Counted from the whole stretch's first letter, positions 38,922 through 52,574 are shown. The stretch is DNA of 63,805 bases, filler included, from Sluysia triapertura (GCA_046118255.1; 5 parts of 5 records of this genome joined end to end with filler, not necessarily neighbours in it); one strand, 5' to 3'. Numbers and translations: made by a program. Notes: generated by a model not told the origin, from the letters alone.

Positions 38922-39583
38922 ACATTTATAATGATGTTAACAGCTAAAGAATACCTTGACATTCCAAAGACCTATATAAGGTGTTGAGACCTTGCGGAAG
39001 CTTGAAAAGGACTGAGAAAACCTTTGAAGGCATTAGAGTACCTTTGAACTTGTTAATTTTGAGATCATTTAAGATTCTACTAACCCTTAAGTATTCTGGA
39101 AACCTTGATAAGTATCTAAGATCTTCGAGTAATATTATAAAGTGTATAAAATATTTAAAATGATTGAGAAATAAAATCTTTGTTCAAAATAATAAATATA
39201 AGTATAACACGGCAATAATTAACATGAAGAAGTAGAAAAATGAATCAGAGAGGTGAAGGTGAAAACATCTAAAACTACTAAAAAACGTTAGAACCTCATT
39301 AAAACCTTTAAACATAAAATAAGATTAAGTCTAAAAATAGATTAATAATTAAAAATCTTAATTAACTTAATTAAGAAAAAGTACGTTTTTGTGAATAACT
39401 TTTGAATGTGGAATACTATGTTAAATTTGAAAGTGTGCATGTATTTGTTTTGAAATGACCTCTCGATGATGGTATGGTTTGACCGAGTTCATGCAAGGAA
39501 AGCCTGAATATTGAGCAAAGTCAAATCTTAATTAATTTTTAATTATGAAATGTTAAATTTTTAATACTTAGAGTGATGTAAAT
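38922..39583 (+). repeat. Diverged direct repeat copy 2, truncated by the spacer
   Basis: Same co-linear words as 36750-37410, offset by about 2.17 kb. Confidence 0.85.
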
Positions 39584-39683
39584 NNNNNNNNNNNNNNNNN
39601 NNNNNNNNNNNNNNNNNNNNNNNNNNNTTAATTAATTAANNNNNNNNNNNNNNNNNNNNNNNNNNNNNNNNNNNNNNNNNNNN
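39584..39683. other. Artificial assembly spacer
   Basis: N44-TTAATTAATTAA-N44. Confidence 0.98.
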
Positions 39684-39730
39684 GAAGAAAATTAATATAA
39701 GTATCAAAAAATTCATTATCATGTATAATA

Positions 39731-39765
<35 letters not shown>

Positions 39766-40359
39766 CATAATCATAAGTTTTAATTATCAGTAACGTTTTT
39801 TATTTAGCTTTTTAAATCTTACAAGGTATGAAATATTTTTTCGATAATAATAATAGCAATATTAATTTTATTAATATTAATAGCAATAAAATTTTATACT
39901 TTTTCTTGCTCTTAATCTAAGACAAAATATTTTTCAGTAGAGTCCAGTTACAGTATACGGCTTACGACTTAAATATAACTATCATTTCTTGATGAAAATA
40001 TTTGCTCAATTTATGCAGTCAAAGTTTTTAAATATAAATATAGTTCTATTCCAAAAATTTCCAAAAAATGACAATACAAAATGTAACATTACTTTACACT
40101 AATAAATTCTTACAAAAATTAAGAATAATAATAATAAAAAAGTTAAAATTGAAGCTTTATAGTCTTTAAATTTTTCGTACAATTTTCCATCAGTAAATCA
40201 GCATTAAAAGTATTTTTAAGAATTTAAATTTGTTTTATGATTTGTACATTAGTGAGTAAAACCTCCTTACAATAAATAAAACTTACTAACTTTTTTTGAA
40301 ATTATAGTTTGTTTGTCAATTGAAAAATAAACGTTATGTTTTTTTAACGATGACATAAA

Positions 40360-40481
40360 TTCGTAAAAATAATATTGCTTGAACATATATTAGTCCTCAG
40401 CCAATCACAATTAAGAAAAATTCTGGAAAAATCTAGAAATTATTTTTTCGAAATTTTGTAATTTTAAGGGTTGGGATGACA
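40360..40481 (-). mobile_element. Putative LTR 5' end
   Basis: Minus strand starts TGTCATCCCAACCC, then TTCTAGA/TTCCAGAA, ATTGG and a TATA-like word. Same layout as 62370-62635. Confidence 0.45.
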
Positions 40482-42229
40482 ACATAATACTATTAATAGC
40501 AATAGTAATAGTAATATTTAATCGTAAAACAATTAACTTTCTTGAAAGTTACACAACAAATGAAGTTTTACTTGAAATTGTTTTCATTTTCTAATATTAA
40601 AAACATAAATAATTATATTTTAAAGCATATATTACAATCAAAATATATAGTAATAAGCTACACTAAAACAAATCGAACAAATTTTATTTATACAAAATTA
40701 TATTTGAATTATATCAATAATAATTAACGTTATTGACATATATATTAACAATAATTATTAATAATTAATATTATTAATAATTATTATCATTCTCATTATC
40801 TTAATTAAAAAGTATTGAATGTTTTATCATTATAATTAATATAAATTATAAAAATTAATAATATAAATTATTTAAATTTTTATATGAAAATGTATTAAAT
40901 ATAAATTTTTAACTAAAAATTACAAAATTTGGCAATAAAATGTATCATTTAGAGTCATCGAATATAAAATCATTTTATTATATTTTCCCAGCTGTTTTGC
41001 TGATTATTTTGATACATTATTAGTCTTATAATAATAATAATAATGATAATAATAATTATTATAAAGTGCTTTAAATATTTTAAAAAATTGACACCCATAT
41101 TAAACTTCATCAAATAAATAGAATAGGATTCGAACCTTAATTGATTATAGTTATAGGTATACTGATTAATAATAATCATAATATGCATTCGAAAATCAAT
41201 TTAGGAATATATTTTATTATAATTAATTATAATCAGTTTGTTACATTTTTCTTAAAATTAGATTTTAGACTTTTAAAAACTTTTATACGAAATATTACAC
41301 TTTTATGCCATTATTAATAAATTGATTGAAATAATAAATACATTTAATAATTTTTCATGTGATTTTAATTTTTTGTTAATATTATAAGATAAATTTTAAA
41401 AACTCGATTTTAAAGTAAAACAAAAAGTTAATAAAATTAAATATTTTATAAAATAATATTAAAAAGCAAAGTAAAAATACTTTTTTCAAACCTAAACAAC
41501 AAATAACATCAATTATAAAACTCAGTAAAATGACATACAAGATTGCATTAAAACAAAATATAGCAATAAAGATTAAAGTAAGAACAATGACATTGTTGTA
41601 CTTTGCTATAATTGTTTAGTTACAAGTATGCAAATTACAACATCTTCAATTAACAAAGTAAGACAGGTTATTATAATTATAAATAATTATAATTTATAAA
41701 ATATAATAAATTATTTCAATGGCACAAAATATTAATGTTGAATAAATTTATCGTTAAGTTAAAGAAAATAAATATTGAATATGTACGGATTTTGTTTACA
41801 AACAAATTACATAATGTGATTGTAAAACAATTAACAGACAATAATAGTTTATAAACGAATGAAATAATAGTTTATATTTTAATATATTTTAATATATATA
41901 ATAGATGGTACTAGAATAACAGAATTCAATAATTAATCAAAAGCTTTTAAATGTCAGCAGAAGGAAATTATAACTTAAGAAAACAGCATAAAGATTCAAT
42001 AAAGTCACAATGTCGGTAATTTAATATTGGTTTACAGAAATCGATTTTAAGTACATAAAAAAAGAACTTTTATAATAATTATTATTTATTATATTTTTAA
42101 AAATTTATTATACATTGATTATATTAGAAATATGACTGCCTCTTGAAAAACTTGCCAGAATTATGGAAGTTTTCATTTACAAAATTTTTCATATATAAAA
42201 TCTTGAAACCTTTTCTAATCTCCACTGTG

Positions 42230-42498
42230 ATGATCCAACTCATTACAACTGATTTTACTACAAAATTAGCACATAATTAACAGGTAACCCAGGGAATGCT
42301 TAACAAAATTCTTTAAAATTTCACAGCCCGGTGTGGTATTTTCCGGTACACTGACGATTACGATGTAGGATTGTGTATTGAATGTTTCACAATATATCAT
42401 ATTAAAACTACTTATTGAGTAAATTAATTGTACTTAATTAATAGTATTAATAAATGTAGTCAAATAAAAATAAACAAATCAGACTGTTAAGTGGTTAA
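42230..42498 (+). mobile_element. piggyBac transposase C-terminal Cys-rich remnant plus right terminus
   Basis: RYTDDYDVGLCIECFTIYHIKTTY* (to 42418) matches the VxLC..CFxxYH ending. It is followed by GTTAAGTGG-TTAA. Confidence 0.75.
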
Positions 42499-44379
42499 AA
42501 TGTTTACAGTCAAGCAATTTCCAACGTCATTCAATCAAACATTTTATAATCTTAAATCGGTAAGTGTTTTTTCTTCAAAACCAAACTTACAAAATGAATT
42601 TGCAATATGAATATAATGATGTATCTATAGGATTCGAGTAATTATAATTACTTGAAGGTCTTTATGTCTAATTTATGTTTGTTATATTCTTTTACATTAT
42701 ACAATTATTACAATGTTGATCCTTTTCTATTTATTTCTACATTTTATTTACTTACAGTAACTGACTTAACCTATGAAATTCTACTACTGATTCGACTCCC
42801 CTTCTTTCTAACAAACTAATCAAATAAAACACTAAACATGAGTATATTATAATACGCAATAAAAATGAAATAAACAAAATTTATTACTATTAAGGATTAC
42901 TCATTCATGCAAAAAATAAATGATTCTATCACTGACTTAGATCAACAGCAAACAGTTTTTAATTTAAGTCTGAATTAGAACTTAATTAAGCAAAATTAAA
43001 CGTATCAGTAAAAATTTACGAATATTATTGTTACAGACTTTCGGATAGGATGATTTATTTTGTAACATATCAGTGAAGTAACTAGTTTAGATCAATCGAA
43101 CAACTGTCCAAAATATTAATGTGACATTTTAGTTATTCTGTTGTTCTACCTGAGCTTTTCTTAATGTTCTTTATTTATGTTGGAAGACTGATAAATGTTT
43201 TATTTAATAAAATAATATTTATTTTTATTTATACGTAATGATAAGTTACTGACATATGTTATTTACAATTATTATCTAAATTATTGATTTGTTTGTCACA
43301 ATAAATTACTATTATAATTTAGATATATTATTCACATATTTTATTTCTCATACTAATAATTAGTTAATGGATAATGATAATAATTTAATTAATTAAATTT
43401 TGAAAATTTAATATTTTACAATTTTTTAAACATCTCAACGAGTATCCTGACAAATATTTTACATTAGACAAATTCACCATACAAATCATTCACAGACTTG
43501 ATCGTTTGACATAAATACAATATTAAAATAATATCACAACATAATAAATGAATTCACTTCATATTTACCCATTATAGAATACGGAAAAACAACATCCAAC
43601 ACAAGAGAATCTGCACTTGACAAATCGAGTTCAGTTTGATAATCCATAATACTGATCATCCAAAACTTAAATAAATTATATTTCCATAGTATTAAAGAAG
43701 AATAGAGTAAATCCACGTTATATCACACGTTTAGAATTCATCAAATAATTCTTATACATCGTATATCATAAATGATAATATTCAGGCAGTTCATAATATT
43801 GTCCCTTTAAAAGCATTCTTACACCAGACAATCATATTTGATTTAAGAATATAATAAACAGAAATGAAAAGAAAAAACCCCAATGTTTTATATATAGAAA
43901 GATTCAACACAAATATAAACATACTTAACTCACATTCTTACCTTATTCTCAATATCACAATATATTTACGTAAGATAATGTTGTGGATTAGAAACAAAAA
44001 TAATTTTAATTTTAATTTTAAAATATGCCAAAATATGCAAAGATCCTGTTTTTTAAAGAGAGAGAAATTTGAGGATTTTTAATAAAAGTAAAATCCAAAA
44101 TGGCCGAAATCTAGGCCTTAAGTAAATAAAAATTCGTCATTATAATTGTTTTGATCGAATTGGTTTTTTCAGTGCCACTTCACATTTCATTGGACAAAAA
44201 TATATGTGTAAGACCGTGTGACTTCAAGATTGAAAAAAGTTTTTAAAATAATCTTATATATAATCCTATATAATCCTATAGAAATTACGACAATCATACT
44301 TTTCATACCTTCTGAAATATGAAAGACATTTACAGTTACTTGATAAAATCAACCCTAGTAAAAATGGGATAAACAATAA

Positions 44380-44728
44380 TGACGCATTGTGAACTACTGC
44401 AGCTGAATAATTATGTCTTTGTGATCGTGTTAATGAAACTCAACAGCAAAGATATAAAGTACTTATGAAAATAAGTAAACAGAGTAAATAATTGCTAATC
44501 TTCATATAGATTTACAATAACTAACACTATGAGAAATTTATCCAGCATTTTGGTCGCTATTTCAATGGAAGAAATTTGAACTCCAATGAATGTATTTATA
44601 AATTTAGCTGTATCGGATTTGATTCAGTTTGTTAACAGATTATAGTCGGAACTTGGGTGTAACAATTTGTAAACTGACAATCACGACGCAGACGATGAAC
44701 ATTCTAGTCAGTACCTTCAGTAAATTAG
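44380..44728 (+). pseudogene. Class A (rhodopsin-like, neuropeptide-receptor-like) GPCR pseudogene fragment, TM1-TM3
   Basis: RNLSSILVAISMEEI*TPMNVFINLAVSDL (44532-44621) and GTWV..ICKLTITTQTMNILVSTFS (44648-44721), with stops and frameshifts. Not in the ORF track. Confidence 0.75.
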
Positions 44729-47357
44729 GTATTGTTTTTTAAATTTGTGCCTTTATGTGAATTTTATATGATATAAATATAAAATTATTATTATTGTTTA
44801 TATAAGCAACTTAATTTTTGAATATAGATTGTTGACTTAGGTTTATACTTTTAGAAAAAAACTCATATGACAATGGCTAATAAATTGAAAAACAATAGAA
44901 TAATTGTTGCTATAACTCAATATTTAATGATTATAAAAATTGATTCACAGGAGTTGCTTATGTAGAGCGTTGTATTATTGTATTAAAATTATTGTATTAA
45001 AATTGTTTATTATCTGTTTTTAATAGGTGGACTCACAACTATTTTAATTTAAAAATATCACTTGCTCAGATATGTTAAAAAGGATAAAGAACGAGGTAAA
45101 TTTAAATATTAACTATTCAGGTTGATATAAATCAGAGCCGAAATTTAGTTAAAAATTCATGGTTAAAAATTTAAAAGGTAATGTAGAAAGGTATTAATAT
45201 CATAATAAAAAATTAAAAGAAAATTTAGTAAATGATAAAAAAGTTAACAATTTCTCTGATAAGGTAGTTTTATAAAGTCATACTACAAGCATGCCTAATC
45301 TGGAACTATAATATCCTAAACTAAACTATAACCTAAGGTAATTTCAAAATAACTTGATAACACATCCTACCTTCAAGCTCATTATTTAATAATTATATTA
45401 TATAATAATTATATAATAACAACTCAGCTCACCAATACTTTAAAAAACATAAGCTTATGCTCGAATAAACCCTCAACTCCTATGATTTTAATTACAATAT
45501 CCACGACATAGAAACTAATAACCTAACTCATAATTTATGTCATACTTTCACATACATCTATACCTCTTTTTACACGGTATTTTTTTTACACGTTTTCGCT
45601 TTTTTATGGTTCAAAAAATTTAAAATTAAATATTGAACATATGTTCCTTTTGATTTTTTGATTTATTTTCAATATTGAATTTTAAATTTTTTTGAATCGT
45701 CTAATATAGGTGTATTTATATTTATTACAAATCAAAGAATTTTAAAAGTAATTAATATGAAAAATATTTAAATTAATAATTATTATTTTTAGATTAAAAC
45801 GCATTAAAAAAAAACATCTTTCATCTTTAAAAATTTCAGTGATATTTTCGTCTTTTGTACTTATTTTAAAATGTATTACAATTTTTAAAAATTGTGATAT
45901 TTTACGAAAATAATGTTTATGAAATTTAAACAAATATACGATTGTTTTCTTTCTATTTTGTTATTTTATCTAAACATATAATATATTAGATTTGTTTTTA
46001 TCTCCGAAATAGTTTTAATTACATAAACAAAAGAATATTAATTACAATTTTATGTATATTTAAACTAGTATTATTTAAAAGTATGATAATTATATACTAA
46101 AATTATGTCAGCTGTGCTAAAGTTGACGTTTTGTTAAAAGCTTTCATTGTTTAAATAGATGTTTAATTTAAATTTTTATTTTATTCACATTTTAAGCATT
46201 TTGATATCTTTTCTGAAATCTCTTTTATATTTTGTCCATTTTGCTCGATATTGGAATTTCTTTTTCATATCCCGAAATACTTAACATTGATAATTAATTT
46301 TACAGTTGATTAAATCTGTAAATTATTTTGTGATTTTTCACTGTCTTTTTACTTTTATTTTTACAATTTTCATAGTTATATATCTATTTAAACTAAACAA
46401 TACAAAGTAGATACAAGAATTATTTTGAAATTATATACAACGGAAGACTTATGACATTCTAAAAATAGAAAGAGAAATTCTATTGTTTATTTTGATAATT
46501 TGTTTGTTGTACAAAAATTTTAGTGCGCTTTATGAAAATAATTTGTTATTTTAATTTTTTCATTTATGATAAGCAATAAAAACTTCAAAAAGTTTCAGCG
46601 TGTACCTTGATAGATATTTTAACAGAAACTTAACGTTAGACAATTTCGCCATGCAAAATAATTAATATAAAGACGATTATCTCCTTTGTAATAAACTTAA
46701 ATTCTGATTTGATTTTGGAATTTAATAAAGTTAATCTAATTTATAATTAATCAAATTTAAACATTAACCACAGAAAATAAATCTTTCATTATTTATGTAC
46801 AAATTGAATAAAAGTTGTTTTTACTTAATTTAAACTTAGAAACAAACAAAAAAAGAGAAACAAGAGAAGAGAAATATTTTTTCTTTTCCCATTTGACGAG
46901 AAAAAACTTGTAAGTACTAGTTTCTCATAATCACATTCACAACTCTGGAATTATAATATTGGAATTAAACTTTTTGCGAGTTAATTATGAAATTGAGTGC
47001 AACAGATTATTTATCTCTGACCATTTAATAAGTTTATTCCAAATGTAGTCTTAAAATATACTTATAATCTTAGTCTTTTAATATCCAACTTAATGAAGAT
47101 GAAATTTTTACAAAATTTAAATCAGAAATTAAGGTCTGGCAATTTTAATTCTAAATTTGTTTTAATTCTAAATTCTTTTATAAATATTAATATTATTTAC
47201 TTTTTGTAATTTTAAAACATCTTGACTAAGACATTTCCCCCACATAAAGTTTCATCTTTACAATTCTTGCTAAATATATCTATGATTCGTAATAATTATT
47301 TGGATGGAACTTAAGATATTTTAAGTAGATATTGAAGCTGTCAAAAGTTGAAGCTTC

Positions 47358-47557
47358 AAACTAGTTCATGTGTGTTTACTTAGAGCATGCTAACTTCTTA
47401 GAGGAATTCGTGATGTTTAGTCAAATGAAAGAAAGCAATAACAGGTCTGTGATGTCCGGGCCGCACGCGCGCTACAATGGCAGTACAGACGAGTTTATTT
47501 CCTAGCCTGAGAAGGTCGGGTAATTGTTAATTGCTGTCATATCAGGAATAGTGGTAT
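47358..47557 (+). pseudogene. 18S rRNA pseudogene fragment
   Basis: Contains AACTTCTTAGAGG, GCAATAACAGGTCTGTGATG and GGCCGCACGCGCGCTACAATGGCAGT. The conserved CCCTTAGATG is deleted. Confidence 0.9.
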
Positions 47558-48268
47558 GAAAAAAATTTTTAACTATTAATTATGTGTTCTTAGTGTAGTG
47601 TTCAACTCATACATAAATTTCCAACACAGACAATCATAAATATTCACCACTTATCACACCAACATATAACAATCTAGTAAAATAAAATATTATGTAATAA
47701 ATTTACAATAATTTGTATTTTCAATCCGCCAATATCGCTCTACACAATATATCACCTTAATGTAATTTTTACATTTTCCTTTTTTAAAAAAAATGACTAT
47801 TAAATTCACTAGCACCAGAAAATAAGGAATAATATTTTTATCTCAAGAATAGCCATTTTTTATAACTAAATCTAAAGTCAAATAAAGCTGTAAATCTTAC
47901 GATTATGATTATGATTATTATGTTTATGTATTGTTATTAAATTCTAATTTTATTACTTTCATGTATTATTATTAAATTGTAATTTTATTATTACCTTATG
48001 TATCATCATTAAAATTTAATTTGTATTATTACCATTATCATTAATTTTATTATTATTTTTATGTTATTTATTACGATTATTATTTTCAGTATTATTATTT
48101 TTATTATCCTTTTCGTTTCAAGTCTCGCCATTTACTTTTTACCATTTTGTTTTAATATTTGGCCAAAGACTAAAATTTTAAAAATTTTTAAAATATCTAC
48201 GGTTACACACGAAGTAAAATTTTAAATTTATTTTTAAAATACTTTTTTGCCAATAGAAAAACTACAAA

Positions 48269-49633
48269 ATGATGAGTTTACGAGATTTTTCTGTAAATAG
48301 CATATATACTGATCGCCCGATACTTGATGGTAAGATAATTGGAATTTTCTTATGAATTCATTCAGGTGTTAGTTTTATAGACTTGAAGGCGTCAAAAGTA
48401 CCCGAGTCCGAAATTATGCAAGATAATTTTAATATTCTGTTAGCTCAAGGAAACCTTATCCAACTCCAAATGCAACAAACAAATGCAATATTTGGTTCCG
48501 GTTCAACTTCAGTAAACGATGTCTCTCAGTTTTCAGATAACCAATCTAAACTTGCACAAACTTCTACATCTAATTCATTATTCGGACAAAACCCTGGAAG
48601 TGGAAATGATTTTAATTTTGCAAGGACATCTGGATCTTTAGTGATGAATAATAATTCCAATCCAACAGTATTCGGTCAGGTTACCGGTGCATTTAATACT
48701 AGTAATGTTTTTATGACAATGATCAAACCTAGTAATACTTTTATGAAAGTAATTAGTACTCTTATTACTTCTATGATAACAAATAATACTAGTGATACTT
48801 TTACGTTAACTAATAATACTAGTAATGCTTTTATGATAACAAATAATACTAGTAATACTTCTATGATAACAAATAATGCTAGTAATGCTTTGATGATAAC
48901 AAATAATACTAGTAATACTTCTATGATAACAAGTAATACTAGTAATACTTCTATGATAACAAATAATACTAGTAATACTCTTATGATAACAAAGAATACT
49001 AGTAATGCTTCTATGATAACAAATAATACTAGTAATACTTCTATGATAACAAATAATACTAGTAATACTTTTATGATAACAAATAATACTAGTAATGCTT
49101 CTATGATAACAAATAATACTAGTAATGCTCTTATGATAACAAATAATACTAGTAATACTTTTACGATAACGAATAATACTAGTAATACTTCTATGATAAC
49201 AAATAATACTAGTAATGCTTCTATGATAACAAATAATACTAGTAATGCTTTTATGATAACAAATAATACTAGTAATGCTTTTATGATAACTATTAATATA
49301 AGTAATGTTTTTATGATAACTATTAATATAAATAATATTTTTATGATAACGATTAATAAGAGTAGTGTTTTTATAATCACGATCAATACGACTAATGTTT
49401 CTAAGATGACGATTAATATGTGTAATGTTTTTATTATATCTCTTAATATCTGTTATGGAATAAAAATTAAATATATCAACGCAATTTCTTATGTTTTAAT
49501 TCAATTATTTACCAACGAAAATTTAAAATATTTGAATAATTTTATAGACCTTAAGTCATGTTTTGCTTTAATTAAATTTGTCAAGTTGAACTTTAAATAT
49601 CTTAATATTACGCCCCGGCCATTACACCACTAA
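48269..49633 (+). CDS. Spliced ORF with FG motifs and a 10-aa Asn/Thr/Ser-rich repeat array (FG-nucleoporin-like N-terminus, tentative)
   Basis: ATG at 48269. A 36-nt GTAAGA..TTCAG intron (48330-48365) removes an in-frame TGA and joins to track ORF 48383..49633. Motifs AIFGS, SLFGQ, VFGQ. Confidence 0.5.
48691..49440 (+). repeat. 30-bp tandem array, about 25 units
   Basis: Unit AAATAATACTAGTAAT(A/G)CTT(C/T)TATGATAAC. Near-perfect at 48781-49290 and degenerate at both edges. Confidence 0.97.
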
Positions 49634-52500
49634 CATTCAGGTCCTCATCGATATCCAGAAAGTCAATCAGCAATTCTGGAAGGTTCAATGGTATCTACTA
49701 TTACCATAATAAATACCAACAAAAGGCAAAATGTTGTGTACTAGAATGCAGATACTCCAACAAATTGAACACGCTTAAAATAAAAGATATTTGTATATAC
49801 CATGCACATTTTAAATCTCTAGCAAAGCGATGCATGGATGGCTGCAACCAATTTAACATGTTCAATGCAACGGCAAAAAACGAAATTCGCCACTGGTCGT
49901 AGCGGTCCAACCCCACAATATGGCGATCAACAATATATTTTCAGTACTGCTCAGATTCATCAATTTCCAGCATGTCTCCCTCGAATTTCTCATTGACACT
50001 GAAGCCGCCATTTCGGTGATACCATAAAAAATAATAAACAACAGCGCCAAAACATGTTCTTATTTAACAGCAGCCAACGGAACGGCCATTGCTTGCTACG
50101 GCTCATAGAAACTCAAATTTAAAATCCACCCGTTCAAAGAAATACTTTTCTAATAGCTGCAGTTCAGCAACCAATATTAGAAGCAGACTTTCTAAGTCAT
50201 TACAATTTCTCCGTTGACTGCCACACAAGGACTTTGAACAAAATCTCCGGACAGTTGTCGCACATAAGTATAGAAAAAAATCAAATTTACGAAACAAATA
50301 TCCTTTCTTATCCAAACTTATTTCAACAACAATTTAATCCGAACTATACACCTTGCTCGGAACATTTCATCAATACATTAACACTCCACCATGTAGACAG
50401 CGACGAAAGGAATTAGCGCAAAAGGTCCGTTCCCAAGCAGAGCGATCTTCTTCACCATGGGCCGCATCTCTGCAAATCGTCACAAAAAAGATGGCACTAT
50501 TCGCATATGCAGTGACTACAAAATGTTAAACAAAGTCACTATTCCCGACGCGTATCCGATGCCTCTTATAACAAATATTCTACACCGATTTACGGGATTC
50601 AGCGTCTTTTCCTCAATGGGTCTCGAAAAGGCCTATCGCCAAATACCGGTACATACTGCTGATATATCAGAATGCCTTTCGGTCTACGGAATTCCGCTCA
50701 AACTTTTCAACGGCACGTCGATCAAATACTATAAGGATTACCATTTGTCACTGCATACATCGACGACATATTGATCCCTTCTAAGGATGTCCATCAACAC
50801 CAAACCCATTTAGATACAGTGTTAAATAAACTAGCAGACAATAATTTGGTAATCAAACCCACGAAATATCGATTCTTCCAATCCAGAATTACATTCCTGG
50901 GACACAATATATCTGATTACGGCATCGAACCATTGGAAACCCATACAGCAACAATGAGAGATTTCCCGCAACCTCAAATGCGGTGTTTCTTAGGATTCGT
51001 AAATTATTGCCGCAGATTCATACCGAGGCTGTCCCAAATAATAGTTCTTTCCTCGGGAAAGAAATCCCAGTCATTTACATGGAACCAAACATCCTTAACA
51101 TCCTTTTTACCGTACAAAAGAAGCGATAATGGAAATGAAAAGTTTAGCTTTTCCACTTCCACAAGTACCTTTTATTCTAACTACGGACGCTTCCAATATA
51201 GCGATCAGCGCGGTAGTTGTGCAAATACAAGAAGACATCCTTAAACATATCGAATTCTTTTCTCACAAATTATCAGCGTAACAAACAAGGTACTTCACAT
51301 TCCTATCTTCCTTTGAATATTTGTTGATACCAGCTCAATCCACACTTCGATCCGACCACAAACCGTTGTTGCACATATTCAACATAAGTTATTTTTCCCA
51401 GTTCACTTTTAACATTGAATACATTACGGTACAAGAAAATGTGGTCGTGGATGCCTTATCCCGTATAGGTATAAACAGTATTGAATTTTTACCAAAGTTC
51501 ACCATTGAAGACCTACAAAGGAACCCTCCAACAAATCAAGAAATCCCTCAGTTCAGCGTAACACCAATATTGCGCAAGGGAGTTTATTTTCATAATCAAT
51601 TATCAGGCATTGCACGCCCAGTTATTTTCCACCAATTACTTATTCCAGCTTTCCAATACGTTCACAACACGACTCATTGCGCAGCTAAGGCAACATATGA
51701 AGTCTTATGCTCCAAAGTCGTATGGCTATCAATGCTGAGAGATATCAAATATTGGTGCAAACATACAAAACCGGGACTGCTTCATTTTCTTACAGGCCAT
51801 CTGTTCGAAACAATTCACATGACATTGTCGGTCCATTACCACAATCGCGTGACTATACTTATATTAACAATAATCGACCGACACAGCCACTGGCCTGAAG
51901 CCTTCAAGATCAGGAACATAACTACCGAAAACATATCGAGAATCCTGGTTTCCAATTGGATATCTCGCTTCGGAGTTTCTAAACGAATTATTACAGAGCA
52001 GGGAGTTCAATTCGAATGTGGCTTATTCAACGAACTAATAAAACAATTAGGCAGTACCGGATTACGAACGACATCATACCATCCTCAGTCTAACGGCATG
52101 ATTGAGCGCTTCCACCGCACTCTAAAGAACTCTTTCCGCGCGTTATCGGTACAACATAATTGGGCTGATGGCCTTCCCTTAATTTTATTAGGTTGGCGAA
52201 ATATACCACTCACTATACTGGATATTCACCAGCCCAGGTAGTTCTAGATACAAACACATGATTACCCCCAACGACTATTCGAATCAGAAAATTCTAATGA
52301 GAAAATCTATTCTCCTTTATTACGGAAGTATTTCAATGAGCTAGATAAATCACCCGGACATAATGAGAACTCATATATACACATGCCAAAAGACACGCTG
52401 GATACACAATTTGTCTGTGTAGCACTGGAAAACCCTACATCTCTACAAAAAAAGATATTCTGGACCATATAAAGCCATACAAACAAATCCTGAAAACTGT
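49620..52500 (+). mobile_element. gag-pol: Ty3/gypsy retrotransposon remnant, CsRn1/Kabuki-like (gag end, PR, RT, RH, INT)
   Basis: CHCC finger CIYHAHFKSLAKRCMDGC (49792-49845); PR FLIDTEAAISVIP..LTAANGTAIACYG; RT KKDGTIRICSDYKMLN and YIDD (~50756); RH TDAS and SDHKPL; INT WPEA and YHPQSNGMIERFHRTLK; GPY at ~52463. Confidence 0.95.
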
Positions 52501-52574
52501 AGAGTATATTTAATATATTTAAAAGTATAATTATGTAATTGTATGTATTTTATTTTCAAATATATTATATTTTA

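Noticed and set aside
48691-49440. 30-bp array as a CRISPR
   Set aside because: It is a head-to-tail tandem repeat with no unique spacers and no cas genes, in a eukaryotic context.
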